The notes under the pieces: model-generated
The model's database searches: none
Seen by the model: the letters and a program-made list of their open reading frames with translations, nothing else
Told to the model about the DNA's origin: nothing
Assembly: GCA_963676795.2 (NCBI GenBank)
Contig: CAXXTB010000001.1
Span: 992,001-1,056,000 of the forward strand
DNA length: 64,000 nt
Source of the DNA: Geopsychrobacteraceae bacterium
GTDB lineage: Bacteria; Desulfobacterota; Desulfuromonadia; Desulfuromonadales; Geopsychrobacteraceae
Reading direction: 5' to 3'
Translations under genes and position numbers: made by a program
In this document: in pieces, positions 50,808 to 60,995 of the stretch
Layout of the letters: every line of letters starts with the position of its first letter
Position numbering within the stretch: position 1 is the first letter of the stretch

Positions 50808-52718
50808 GTGAGAACGCTAAAGCAACCATGGAAGAACATCATGTCCACCCTGGCAGTCATGTGGGTCCTGTTCTTTCTCTATATTGGTTTTGCAGGGGAG
50901 TTGCATACTTTTCTGCAGGTACCTTTGTGTTTGATGGCCGGTATTTTTTACGTCTATGTCTATTTTCCGCTCAGGCCTTTGAAGACACCAGAGCAGAAAG
51001 CCATTCCTTCCGTTCCTGCCTGGTATGACCTGATTATCATTCTGGTCGGATGGGGTATTTGTATCTACGTTATGTCCAACAGGATGGATTTTATATTCAA
51101 TCCTCACATCTGGCATCAGTATGAGGTTTATATGTCCGTTGTCCTCTTTGCCATCATTTTTGAGGGCTCACGGAGGTCGATGGGGTGGGTTATTCCTCTC
51201 ATTGCTGTCTTTATGTGCTTCTATGCGTTTATCTTGGGCGATTACCTGCCTGGACGCTGGTGGTTCGGTGGCGTTGATATCCAAAGTGTTTTTGCCAACA
51301 GATTCCTTCGTAGCGACATGGGGTATTGGGGAACCCTGCCTAAACTTGCCTGCGTCATGATGCCGCTCTTCCTCGTCTTCGGTCCGATTCTTTTCAGCAC
51401 CGGGGCCGGTGAGCTGTTCATGCAGATTGCCTCCATTATCGGTAACCGGATGCGTGGCGGTGCCGCGCAGGTTTCCATTATTTCGAGCGCCCTGTTCGGA
51501 ACGATCTCTGGTGCCGCAGTTGCCAATACCGCAACAACCGGCACCATGACTATCCCGACAATGAAAGCTGCCGGCTTCAGCCCTGAGCAGGCTGCAGCGA
51601 TCGAATCATCCGCCTCTGCCGGTGGCCAGATCATGCCGCCAATCATGGGAGCTACGGCCTTTCTGATGGCGGAATTCCTTGCCGTCGAGTATACCCGCGT
51701 CGCTCTGGCCGCACTGCTGCCGGCAATCGTCTACTTCTTTGCCGTGGCCACAACCATCTATCTGATGGCCCGCAGAAAAGGGATGGAGAAACCACCCAAA
51801 GAAAGTATTCCGAAGGCTAAAGAACTCTTAAACCCTCGCCGTATCTGCCAGGTTATTGTTCCGATGGGGATTTTGATCGGAATGATGGTTGAAGGCTTCA
51901 CCGCCGAATATTCATGTGCCTATGCGCTGACTGCAGGGATTCTTCTCAACCTGTTCTGGTCCGACCAGAGCTGGAAAGAAAGAATTGTCAACCTGATCAA
52001 AGGCGTGGAAAACGGTATCAAGACAATCGCCTGGCTGCTGTTAAGTCTCGTTCTGTTACAGACGACGGTTTCTCTCCTGGGCTATTCCGGTCTTGGCCTG
52101 AACTTCTCGGCGACTATTTTCAGCGTTGGCAGTTCTTCCATGTTGCTTGCAATGATTCTGACTGCTGTCATCGTCTTGATACTTGGTCTGGGTCTCAACA
52201 CCACGGCATCATATGTCATCGCTTTTTCGGTTCTCGGTGTGCCGCTGGCCGATCTGGGATTTGATCCGTTTTCAATCAATTTCTTCATTCTCTACTATGC
52301 AGTTCTGAGCACGATTTCGCCTCCAGTCTGTAATTGTGTCTTTATTGCGGCTTCGATTGCGGGAGCGAAATGGATGAGGGCTGGCTGGTTGACGTGTCTT
52401 GTCGCACTCTCGGCCTTTTTGCTGCCCTTTTCCTTCGCGTTCGATCCCGGTTTGTTCATGGTTGGGACGCCTCTAGGAATAGCCAAGTCGTTCATTACCG
52501 CCATGTTGTCCGTCGGGCTCCTCAGTATCGTGACAATGGGCTTTTTCTTCAGGCGAGCAACAATCATTGAACGAGTCGTTTTTGCCGTTGCCGCTGTACT
52601 GTTGCTGTTTCCAGATCCCATATATGAAGGAATGGGGTTTGTTGTTGGCCTCCTGATGGCTGTCTATCACATATATACGGTTAAGGCTAACAGCCAAGTA
52701 GCTGAGTGTGAAGTGTGA
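50808..52718 (+). CDS. TRAP transporter fused 4TM/12TM permease (TAXI-type)
   Basis: SSALFGTISGAAVANTATTG, ASAGGQIMPPIMGA, ISPPV motifs. Confidence 0.92.
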   Translation: MRTLKQPWKNIMSTLAVMWVLFFLYIGFAGELHTFLQVPLCLMAGIFYVYVYFPLRPLKTPEQKAIPSVPAWYDLIIILVGWGICIYVMSNRMDFIFNPHIWHQYEVYMSVVLFAIIFEGSRRSMGWVIPLIAVFMCFYAFILGDYLPGRWWFGGVDIQSVFANRFLRSDMGYWGTLPKLACVMMPLFLVFGPILFSTGAGELFMQIASIIGNRMRGGAAQVSIISSALFGTISGAAVANTATTGTMTIPTMKAAGFSPEQAAAIESSASAGGQIMPPIMGATAFLMAEFLAVEYTRVALAALLPAIVYFFAVATTIYLMARRKGMEKPPKESIPKAKELLNPRRICQVIVPMGILIGMMVEGFTAEYSCAYALTAGILLNLFWSDQSWKERIVNLIKGVENGIKTIAWLLLSLVLLQTTVSLLGYSGLGLNFSATIFSVGSSSMLLAMILTAVIVLILGLGLNTTASYVIAFSVLGVPLADLGFDPFSINFFILYYAVLSTISPPVCNCVFIAASIAGAKWMRAGWLTCLVALSAFLLPFSFAFDPGLFMVGTPLGIAKSFITAMLSVGLLSIVTMGFFFRRATIIERVVFAVAAVLLLFPDPIYEGMGFVVGLLMAVYHIYTVKANSQVAECEV

Positions 52719-52768
52719 AGTTTAGTTCGGGAGCATTAGATAAACTTTCATTCGAAAAGGAGATATTT

Positions 52769-53305
52769 ATGGGCACATGTGTACTAAGCCCGGTTTCAAT
52801 GCCAGAGGTAAAAGGGGTTAACAGAAATCCGCGAGCGGCATCCATCAAAGGGATGCGAATTGCAACCGTGGATAATACAAAACCCAATTTTATTACCTTC
52901 CTCGATAAGATCGAAGAACTATTGCTCAGCAAGTATGAAGTCGCGGCTGTGCATCGATATCGGAAACCGGGACGGACTGAAGGGGTTGCCCAGGAAATTA
53001 TCGATGATATCAAGAAGAATCAGTGTGATGTTGTTATTACCGGGCTAGGCGATTGAGGCTCCTGCACATCGTGGAGTCTCCACGATACCGTAGAGTTGGA
53101 AAAACAAGGTTTAGCCGCAACGATCGTAACAACAACTGCTTTCAATGGCCTCGCTGACATGGAAGCAAAATCGATGGGCCTGAAAAATGTTTCAATTCTG
53201 GCCGTGCCTCATCCGCTGGGAGCTGGTTTGCCTGAAGATAAGGTTAGGGAAAAGGCTGAAAACGCTGTTGAAGAGTTGGTTAAGCGTTTGACTGAACAAC
53301 TATGA
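52769..53305 (+). CDS. UGSC-family selenoprotein (178 aa, Sec96 at in-frame TGA 53054-53056)
   Basis: ORFs 52715-53056 and 53096-53305 are in frame; read-through gives GLGD-U-GSCTSWSLHD; downstream SECIS-like hairpin; AAGGAG RBS; tRNA-Sec in window. Confidence 0.88.
53068..53086 (+). promoter_or_regulatory. Putative bacterial SECIS element 1
   Basis: ATCGTGGA-GTC-TCCACGAT, beginning 11 nt after the TGA. Confidence 0.75.
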
Positions 53306-53336
53306 ATTTATTCCGGTGAACTAACGACGAGCGTAA

Positions 53337-54422
53337 ATGGGGAATGTTATGGATTTTAGCATTTTAAAATCGGAAAGAATTGAATTCAACGACTCCTATG
53401 AGGAGCTTGAAGAACATTTTTACAGAAACAGGATGACCGACGGTCTTCCATTCGTGCCGCCAACGGAAGAACGCGTGACGCGGATGATTGAGTACGTAAA
53501 ACTGAGACCCAAGAAAGTCATTGCCGTTATCCCGCCACAAAATGGACCGGCGACTGTTGAAAAGATCGCGATTAACGCTGTTATGGCCGGCTGCCGTCCG
53601 GAATATATGCCGGTCATCATGGCGGCACTGGTGGCCATGACCTCCGATGGTTTCGATCTATTCGGTGCCCAGGCGACAACCCACCCTTGCGCCATGCTGA
53701 CCTTTGTCAACGGGCCGATCGCCAAGGCATTGGATATTAATTCAGGTTCGGGAGCAATGGGACCATGCTGGCGTGCCAACGCCACTATCGGTCGTGCGGT
53801 CCGGCTGATCCTGTTGAATTGCGGTGGAGCCTGGCCGGGTGTGGTTGATAAATCGACACAAGGGACCCCTGCAAAGTATTCGTACTGTTTTGCCGAGAAC
53901 GATGAAGCCAATCCATGGGAACCCTTTCACGTCGAGAGGGGGTTCAAGGCAACCGACAGTACGGTTACCGTTCTTGCTGCAGAGGGTCCGCAGGATATCA
54001 ACGGCGGTGATGCAACCAAGGCATCAAGCCTGTTGAGAATGATGGCCAGCAGTATCTGTAACGCTGGCAGTTCAAATGTCCGTTTTTTAAGAGGGGCTGA
54101 CCTCATGATCTGTGTTGGACCTGAACATGCGGCCATTTTCAAAAAAGACGGTGTGACGAAAAGGGAGGTCAAAGAGTACCTCTGGGAAAATGCCAGGATA
54201 CCACTCGATCGCTTCTCCGAAGAGCATTTGATTGCCCGCAAGAAAGCGCCAGCTCAGCATGGTGAGTTTGATGGGGTGTCGCCACTTCCGGTGGCGGTAT
54301 CCCCGGATAACATTCTCATTACCGTTGCTGGTGGCGAAGGGCTGCACTCAAGTTGGATGCCAACCTGGGGGGCACCAGGGCATCGTGCTGTCACCAAGAA
54401 AATCGAAGAAATCGCCAAGTAA
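53337..54422 (+). CDS. Conserved hypothetical protein (TDGLPxVPPT family; partner of the UGSC protein)
   Basis: TDGLPFVPPT, ATVEKIAINAVMAGC, VNGPI, RANATIGRA motifs; paralogous to the C-terminal part of 58269-59990. Confidence 0.8.
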   Translation: MGNVMDFSILKSERIEFNDSYEELEEHFYRNRMTDGLPFVPPTEERVTRMIEYVKLRPKKVIAVIPPQNGPATVEKIAINAVMAGCRPEYMPVIMAALVAMTSDGFDLFGAQATTHPCAMLTFVNGPIAKALDINSGSGAMGPCWRANATIGRAVRLILLNCGGAWPGVVDKSTQGTPAKYSYCFAENDEANPWEPFHVERGFKATDSTVTVLAAEGPQDINGGDATKASSLLRMMASSICNAGSSNVRFLRGADLMICVGPEHAAIFKKDGVTKREVKEYLWENARIPLDRFSEEHLIARKKAPAQHGEFDGVSPLPVAVSPDNILITVAGGEGLHSSWMPTWGAPGHRAVTKKIEEIAK

Positions 54423-54460
54423 GCTTTGTGGAATGAGTTATTTGAGATGAAGGAGCTTTT

Positions 54461-55705
54461 ATGTTTAAGGCAGAAAAAGGGATGTGGAACCCATTACTGA
54501 GTGATGAGTTCAATAAAATAGTCGATGAATGGGCTGAGGGGCGTAACGCTCTTCGTGGGGAAATGGCATATCCGACACGTATCGGCAATGTTCCGAACCC
54601 CTATGCACCCACTCGAGAGATGGGTTCGAACAACTTTTACTCGTTGTTCAATGAGCTGATCACAAAAGATCTCATCCGCCATTTTTGTGACGCAATCGGG
54701 TGTAAAAATCCGCTTTACCGTTGGGAAGAATATGCAAAATTCACCAAGTACGGCCAGATTATCGCACCTCCCGGAATTCTGTATGTCATAGGAGAGGCCG
54801 GTGCCGGCCGCGGTGTCGTTGCTCCTGGTTTTGGCCGGAGTCTCGCAGGTGGTAGCACCTGGACATGGTACAAGATCATCAAGCCCGGCGACTCCTTCCA
54901 TGTCAAAGGGGTCGACATGGGGGTTACCGAAAAGCAGGTTAAGCCCGACAAGCCATACCGACTCTATCGCTCCTGCTACCGCACCGAGTACTACAACCAG
55001 AATGACGAATTAGTCGCGTCTCGGGATCGAACCCGGATGAACATTGTTGCAGAGAACCTGCAGAAGACCAAAAGCGCTTTCAAAGAAAAAGAGCGGCATA
55101 AATACACTCAGGAAGAGTTGGATGAAATCCATCAGGCCTACTACGACGAAGACAAGTACAGAAGAGGCTCCGAGCCGCTGTTCTTTGAAGATGTCGCCGT
55201 CGGCCAGAAGATTACCCCTGTGGCCGCAGGCCCTCTGAATGTTCTTGACGGTGTTGTCATGATGGGTGCCATGGGGCAACAGGCCGCTTTCAATGTCCAG
55301 TGGGACATGCTCAACGGGAATATTGAAACTCATGGCTGGATTGACCCGGAGACAAACGCTCCACGGTGGAGAGCCGAAGGTCATACGACCGATCTGGCAG
55401 CGCGCTCAACCGGCCTGTCCACGGGGGCTTACGGTTATCATGGTCAAACGGAAGCTCTGTTTCAGAAAGCGATTATCAACTGGATTGGCGATGAAGGTTT
55501 CCTGAAGATACAGAGCAGTCGAACCCTGCGTCCGAACTGGCATGGTGATGTGACTTGGATTAACGGTGTTGTTACAGCTATGCGCCAAGAAAACGGTGAA
55601 TGCCTCGTTGACTTTGAACTGACCGCCGTAAATCAGGATGGCGAAATGCATCAGGACAGCACGGCAACAGCGATATTACCATCGCGTAATCGTTTGATCG
55701 AATAA
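54461..55705 (+). CDS. Double hot-dog MaoC-like acyl-CoA dehydratase/hydratase
   Basis: IRHFCDAIG.NPLY...IAPP first domain; LFFEDVAVG...GDVTWING..NQDG second domain. Confidence 0.78.
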   Translation: MFKAEKGMWNPLLSDEFNKIVDEWAEGRNALRGEMAYPTRIGNVPNPYAPTREMGSNNFYSLFNELITKDLIRHFCDAIGCKNPLYRWEEYAKFTKYGQIIAPPGILYVIGEAGAGRGVVAPGFGRSLAGGSTWTWYKIIKPGDSFHVKGVDMGVTEKQVKPDKPYRLYRSCYRTEYYNQNDELVASRDRTRMNIVAENLQKTKSAFKEKERHKYTQEELDEIHQAYYDEDKYRRGSEPLFFEDVAVGQKITPVAAGPLNVLDGVVMMGAMGQQAAFNVQWDMLNGNIETHGWIDPETNAPRWRAEGHTTDLAARSTGLSTGAYGYHGQTEALFQKAIINWIGDEGFLKIQSSRTLRPNWHGDVTWINGVVTAMRQENGECLVDFELTAVNQDGEMHQDSTATAILPSRNRLIE

Positions 55706-55915
55706 TTGCAGGTTAGCTGTTTATGTAACGCAAAGCGGGGCTTATAGAAGAGCCGGCCTTTATTGGCCCTGCTTTGCAACAGTAGGGCCCGAATGCTAGC
55801 GGGGGAGTCAAAGGTGAAATAGTGATCCTTATTCTAGAAAATTCACATGCGCTGTTTCTGAGCACTGTAGATGGTGAGATGGCATGAGGAGATCGATAAT
55901 TATTGGAGTGAACTC

Positions 55916-56608
55916 ATGGCTGGATTCGAAGTTATTGAAAAAGCGAAAAAAGAAGACAGGAAGCTACTGACTGAAGTTGAAGCCAAGCAGGTCTTGCAGG
56001 CTGCCAACATAGACGTTGTGCAGACACAATTGGCCACCTCAAAGGAAGAGGCGGTAAGTATCAGTGAAAGCATCGGTTTTCCTGTGGTTATGAAAATATC
56101 ATCAGTAGATGTTGTCCATAAAAGTGACGCCGGTGGAGTAAAACTCAATCTGCAGAACAGAGAACAGGTCTCTAACGCTTACGATGAGATCATGGACTCG
56201 ATCACTGTAGCTTATCCTGATGCCGAGATTGAAGGGGTTTCCATCCAGGGCATGGCTCAAAAGGGGTTGGAAGTCATTGTCGGTATGTCCAAAGATGCTC
56301 AATTCGGTCCAATGTTGATGTTCGGTCTAGGGGGCGTCTTCGTCGAGATTTTGAAAGACGTTTCATTCCGGATAACTCCACTGGAAAATCGCGATGCTTC
56401 TGAAATGATAAGAGAAATTAAGGGATTTCCTCTTTTAGAAGGGTATCGGGGCTCTGACCCTGTTGACATTCCTGCGTTGGAAGAGATGCTGCTTAAGATC
56501 TCACAGCTTGTGACGAATGTTCCGGACATCAAGGAGTTGGATCTGAATCCAGTGTTTTCTTACAAGGATGGGGCTCTTGCGGTGGATGCGAGAATTATTC
56601 TGGAATAG
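55916..56608 (+). CDS. ADP-forming acyl-CoA synthetase, beta (ATP-grasp) subunit
   Basis: GFPVVMKI..HKSDAGGV, FGPMLMFGLGGVFVE, ELDLNP, VDARI motifs. Confidence 0.92.
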   Translation: MAGFEVIEKAKKEDRKLLTEVEAKQVLQAANIDVVQTQLATSKEEAVSISESIGFPVVMKISSVDVVHKSDAGGVKLNLQNREQVSNAYDEIMDSITVAYPDAEIEGVSIQGMAQKGLEVIVGMSKDAQFGPMLMFGLGGVFVEILKDVSFRITPLENRDASEMIREIKGFPLLEGYRGSDPVDIPALEEMLLKISQLVTNVPDIKELDLNPVFSYKDGALAVDARIILE

Positions 56609-56700
56609 GAAAGGGATAAGCTCTTGTCATTGAGGGTCCCCTGAGCATAGCTTGTTTCTGTGAGAAGATATGACACAGTACAAGGCTTACTGTGGAGAAT

Positions 56701-58152
56701 ATGTCGATGAAAACATCTTGTACAGACATTATGCAGACAGTTTTTTATCCGAAATCTGTCGCAGTAATTGGTGCTTATAGTAATGAGGACGTAGAAAAAT
56801 ATCGTTGGACCGGTTGGTTAAAGGAGATGGGCTATAAGGGGAAGGTTTACCCTATCAACCCAAAGGCGAAGGAAATACTTGGTTACAAAGCGTATCCGTC
56901 GATTATCGATGTTCCTGATGAAATAGATTACGCAATCATGGCCGTTTCATCTTCAGCCGTTCCGGCATGTTTACGCCAGGTGGTCGAAAAAGGGGTCAAG
57001 GTTGTCCATCTTTTTGTCGCCGGGTTCGCTGAAACCGGATTGCCGGAAGGTATCAAATTACAAAAAGAGATTGAAGAAATTCTGGCCTCAGGAACAACGA
57101 GGGCACTCGGCCCAAACTGCATGGGCGTTTTCAGCACCAACAGCGGTATGGGGTTTGGCGGAATTATCAACGGTCTTGATGCAACTAAAGAGATCGGCAC
57201 AATCAGCGCGATTTCCCAGAGTGGTTCCGGGATGGACTCGCTGTTCATGCCGGGGGTCTTCATTCGTGGCCTTCGTATCAGCAAGATCCTCAGCCTTGGT
57301 AATTCGATCGATATCGGCGTCGAAGATGCGATGGAATTTTTTGCTGATGACGATGAGACAGAACATCTCTTCTGCTATATCGAGGGGATTAAGGATGGCC
57401 CTCGTTTCCTAACCGCATTGAAGAAATGTGCCGCTAAAAAAAATGTCATTATCCTAAAGGGCGGAATAACCGCCGGTGGAGCACGGGCAGCCGCATCACA
57501 CACTGGAGCATTGGCTTCGCCCGAAAAAGTTTGGGACACAATCTATAAACAGGCGAGGGTTCTGCCTGTCTCCAGTTTTGAAGAAAGTGTTGACCAACTG
57601 ACCGCCCTGGTCAGGATGCCCAATCTCAAAGGAAATAGAGTCGCTATTGTTGGCCGTGGAGGTGGTGCTGGCGTTGCGACAAGTGACCTGTGCGAGAAAG
57701 CCGGCCTGGTTGTCGCTCCGATAAGTCCCGACACTAAAAGAAAGATACTTGAATTGGTGCCTCCTGACGGGAGTGGTTTGAACAATCCGATTGAAGTGGG
57801 GATCAGTGGTCGAGGCAAAATCTCGGCAAATTATTTTGAAGTTCTTCAGGTTGTTGCAGAGGATCCGAATATTGATTTGATCCTTATCCGGATCAACATG
57901 GAAGTAGCTACTCACGTAACCAATCTGAACGATGCTGCATTGCAGCAGTATATCAGTATCTGGAAACGTGCAGCGACGGAGTTGGAAGTCCCGGTTGCCG
58001 TTATCTTTGACCGGGGCGAATACTGGGACTCGGTCCAGATTGCGTATCGTTTGCGTAAGGCGTGCGCTGATGCTGGGATTGCCGCATTCCCAAGTGTTGA
58101 GATCGCGGCAAGGGCTATTTCAAAAGCAATTGCCTATTTTAATTCAAAATAG
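56701..58152 (+). CDS. ADP-forming acyl-CoA synthetase, alpha (CoA-binding) subunit
   Basis: PKSVAVIGA, GFAE, GPNCMG, SQSG, phospho-His motif ASHTGALA. Confidence 0.9.
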   Translation: MSMKTSCTDIMQTVFYPKSVAVIGAYSNEDVEKYRWTGWLKEMGYKGKVYPINPKAKEILGYKAYPSIIDVPDEIDYAIMAVSSSAVPACLRQVVEKGVKVVHLFVAGFAETGLPEGIKLQKEIEEILASGTTRALGPNCMGVFSTNSGMGFGGIINGLDATKEIGTISAISQSGSGMDSLFMPGVFIRGLRISKILSLGNSIDIGVEDAMEFFADDDETEHLFCYIEGIKDGPRFLTALKKCAAKKNVIILKGGITAGGARAAASHTGALASPEKVWDTIYKQARVLPVSSFEESVDQLTALVRMPNLKGNRVAIVGRGGGAGVATSDLCEKAGLVVAPISPDTKRKILELVPPDGSGLNNPIEVGISGRGKISANYFEVLQVVAEDPNIDLILIRINMEVATHVTNLNDAALQQYISIWKRAATELEVPVAVIFDRGEYWDSVQIAYRLRKACADAGIAAFPSVEIAARAISKAIAYFNSK

Positions 58153-58268
58153 CTCAAAATGTTCGGCCTCTAGAAAAGCCTATGGCCAAATTTCAGGTAT
58201 AGACCTTTTGGAGTGAGCCTGAAATTCCGGCTGGTGATTCATAAACTACTTGTTATGGGGAGAATAGG

Positions 58269-59990
58269 ATGGAACTGAGAGTATTTGAACCTTGCGGAGT
58301 TGATCTTGATCAGAGTAAAGCGCAGCATGCCACTCGTTTAGATGATCTGAATGGAAAAACCATTGGCGAAATTTCCAATCGGCTATGGGAGTCCGATCTG
58401 ATTTTTCCTCTCATTCGCTCAATTTTGAAAGAGCGTTATCCCGATATTAAGTTTGTGACTTTCGATGAATTTCCGAATGGCGCGGATGCCATCATGGATA
58501 ACGAGGAGATTGGAGATTTCGCTCTCGCCAAAGGGGTGGATGCCGTTATCGGCGCCAGCGCGGCCTGAGGCGGTTGCTCCACGGCCGTCGGCCGTGCCTG
58601 TGCGAGAATTGAAAAAAAGGGGATTCCTTCATTCATCGTGACCCGGATGGGTTTTAAAGGCGTTGTGAATAATACCTTCCTGGCTCTGGGGTTGCCAGGT
58701 GGTGCCCCGCTTTACGAATTTCCCTCAGATGCGTTTGTTCCTGGTGCGGAGCTGACCCCCTTTGCCGAAGGCGTTGAGTATATCATCGACGGCCTGACAA
58801 AATGGGAGCCGGCCAAGGTCGCAAAGGGCAAGAAGAAGATACAGGCAATAACCGTGACCGGTGAAGATTATCTCGATGCTCTCACCAAAATGAACAATCT
58901 CTTTCTCAATAACCAGTGGGGCGACAGTCTGCCGCTTCTTCCGCCGACAATGGAAAAGGTTGAGTGGATTATGAAGGGAACCGATCTGTCCCATAATGAA
59001 CCGATCGGCAAGATTATGCCGAGCGGCAGGACCGCTACGGTTGGGGCACTTGCCGTCAACCTGGCGATGACCGGCGGCAGGCCTGAACATCTGCCAGTGC
59101 TTATTGCGGCATTTAAAGCTTTTTGCGATGAACGTTTCCGTCATCACATGATGCAGGCGACGACCTGTTCCGTTAACATTGCCGGAATCGTCAATGGACC
59201 TATCGGCAAGCAGATTCGTCTTAATTCAGGGTACGGCTGTCTTGGTCCCGATGCCGCCCATCCTGCCGGTGGGTGTATCGGACGGGCTATGCGTCTGGTA
59301 CAGCAGAACGTCGGCGGAGCGCATCCGGGAACCGGGACCATGGCTCTTTACGGTGGACCGTTAAAGTGGGCGAACGCAATATTTGCTGAGGACGAAGTTG
59401 GCTTTCCGGAAGGCTGGAGATCGGTCAGCGAGGACCGTGGTTACTCAAAAGGAAGCAATGTGATCACCATCCATGCGGTTGCAACGGCCGTCAATATCAC
59501 CTCGATCCACTCGTCCAATGCGGAAACCACTTTGGAAACAATGCATTATCTTGCCAGGATCATGGGGAGTGATTACGGCAATATCTTCCTGAACTATTAT
59601 GAGGACAGTGTCCCCGGGGTGCTTATTGTTCCGCGTGGGGTAGCTCAAGGCATGATCGATGCCGGCTGGACTCAGGAAACCATTCGACAGTTTCTCTGGG
59701 ATAATTCCCAATTTCCCTGGTCGGTTGTTACCTCTGATTCGGACGTCTTTAGACGGACGAAGGACACCTTGCTGAAATATGTCAAGGAAGGGGAGCCCTG
59801 GCCAATTTCGGTCAAGCCGGAAAACCTGATGATTGCGGTAGCTGGTGGTAAGCAGTCCGGCCATTGCTACTGGATGCGGATGGGATGTTGCCCAACGCAG
59901 CCAGTCAGTATGGAAATCGAATTGCCTAAAAACTGGGATCAGTTGATCAGTGTTGCCGAGGATGATCTTGGTCCGATGCCGGAGAGCTAA
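58269..59990 (+). CDS. UGSC-type selenoprotein fused to partner domain (573 aa, Sec100 at in-frame TGA 58566-58568)
   Basis: ORFs 58269-58568 and 58638-59990 are in frame with no other stop; read-through gives SAA-U-GGCSTAVGRACARIEKKGIP; SECIS-like hairpin; no clear RBS for 58638. Confidence 0.88.
58580..58596 (+). promoter_or_regulatory. Putative bacterial SECIS element 2
   Basis: CACGGCC-GTC-GGCCGTG, beginning 11 nt after the TGA. Confidence 0.75.
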
Positions 59991-60060
59991 GCCGGTTTTC
60001 TCAGGAAGGCGCTGCCCCTTCAGTTGAATGGTCTTTCGTTGTTTTGCAGGAGGTTATGTG

Positions 60061-60995
60061 ATGACTTTTGTTGAGGTGAATAAGAGTATTCCGGGGTTGC
60101 CGCCTGACCTGTTGAACTTGCCGATGATAGAGGCTGAATTATATGTTCAGGTCAGTTCCGACCCTGAACTCCGTATCGAAGGTCCCGCTTTTGATCGGGA
60201 CGGAAACCTGTTCGTCAGTTCTCCTTATCATGGCAGAATCTATAGGATTTCTGAGGATAAACGGGTTAGCAAAATTTTAGATAAGCCGGGAATCAAAAAT
60301 ATCGGCTGTGCGATTCATAAAAACGGTCGTCTGTTCTATGCCTGCGGAACCGGAGAGCTTTTTCATGTCAAGCAGGATGGCAGCGATATGCAATTTATCA
60401 CGCCACGCATAGAGGGGCGACCGGTTCGCCTGAATGATCTGGTTTTTGACAAGGAAGGGAATCTTTATGTCACCGATTTTGCCGGGACGGTACCCAATCC
60501 AACGGGCGGTGTTTACCGGTTTTCGAACGACTTCTCGCGTGTTGATCAGATATTGGGCGGTTTGGCTGGAGCGAACGGTGTCTCACTGTCTCCTGAAGGA
60601 GACGCGCTCTGGATCGGTGAAACCTTTCGCAATGCCATCCTGCGTATCGGACTGGCCAACGATGGCGTAAAGTTGGCGGCGATAGATCCTGTTTGCTATG
60701 CCTATTACAATTCTGGAGTTCCCGGCGGGCCGATTCAAACAAGGTTGACGAAGAGGGAAACCTTTATCAATGCGTAGTCTCTCATGGACGAGCCATCGTC
60801 CTCAATAAGTGTGGCATTCCAATTGCGAATATTCTCATCCCTGGCCGGGACCAGGGATATAACCTCAAGTCTACCAATCTGGCTTTTAAGCCGGGAACCA
60901 ATGAAGGCTATATCACCGCTGGTGGACTGGGTGGACCTTCTGTTTTCAGGTTTTACGGGTTGGCCAAAGGTTTATCCCTTTATTCACACACGTAA
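60061..60995 (+). pseudogene. Drp35-like SMP-30/gluconolactonase, frameshifted near 60731
   Basis: Homology to the paralog at 17956-18915 switches frame at ...GGP|DSNKVDEEGNLY (1-nt loss). Confidence 0.75.

Noticed and set aside
60720..60740. Programmed -1 ribosomal frameshift in the lactonase
   Set aside because: No X-XXY-YYZ slippery heptamer or homopolymer at the switch point
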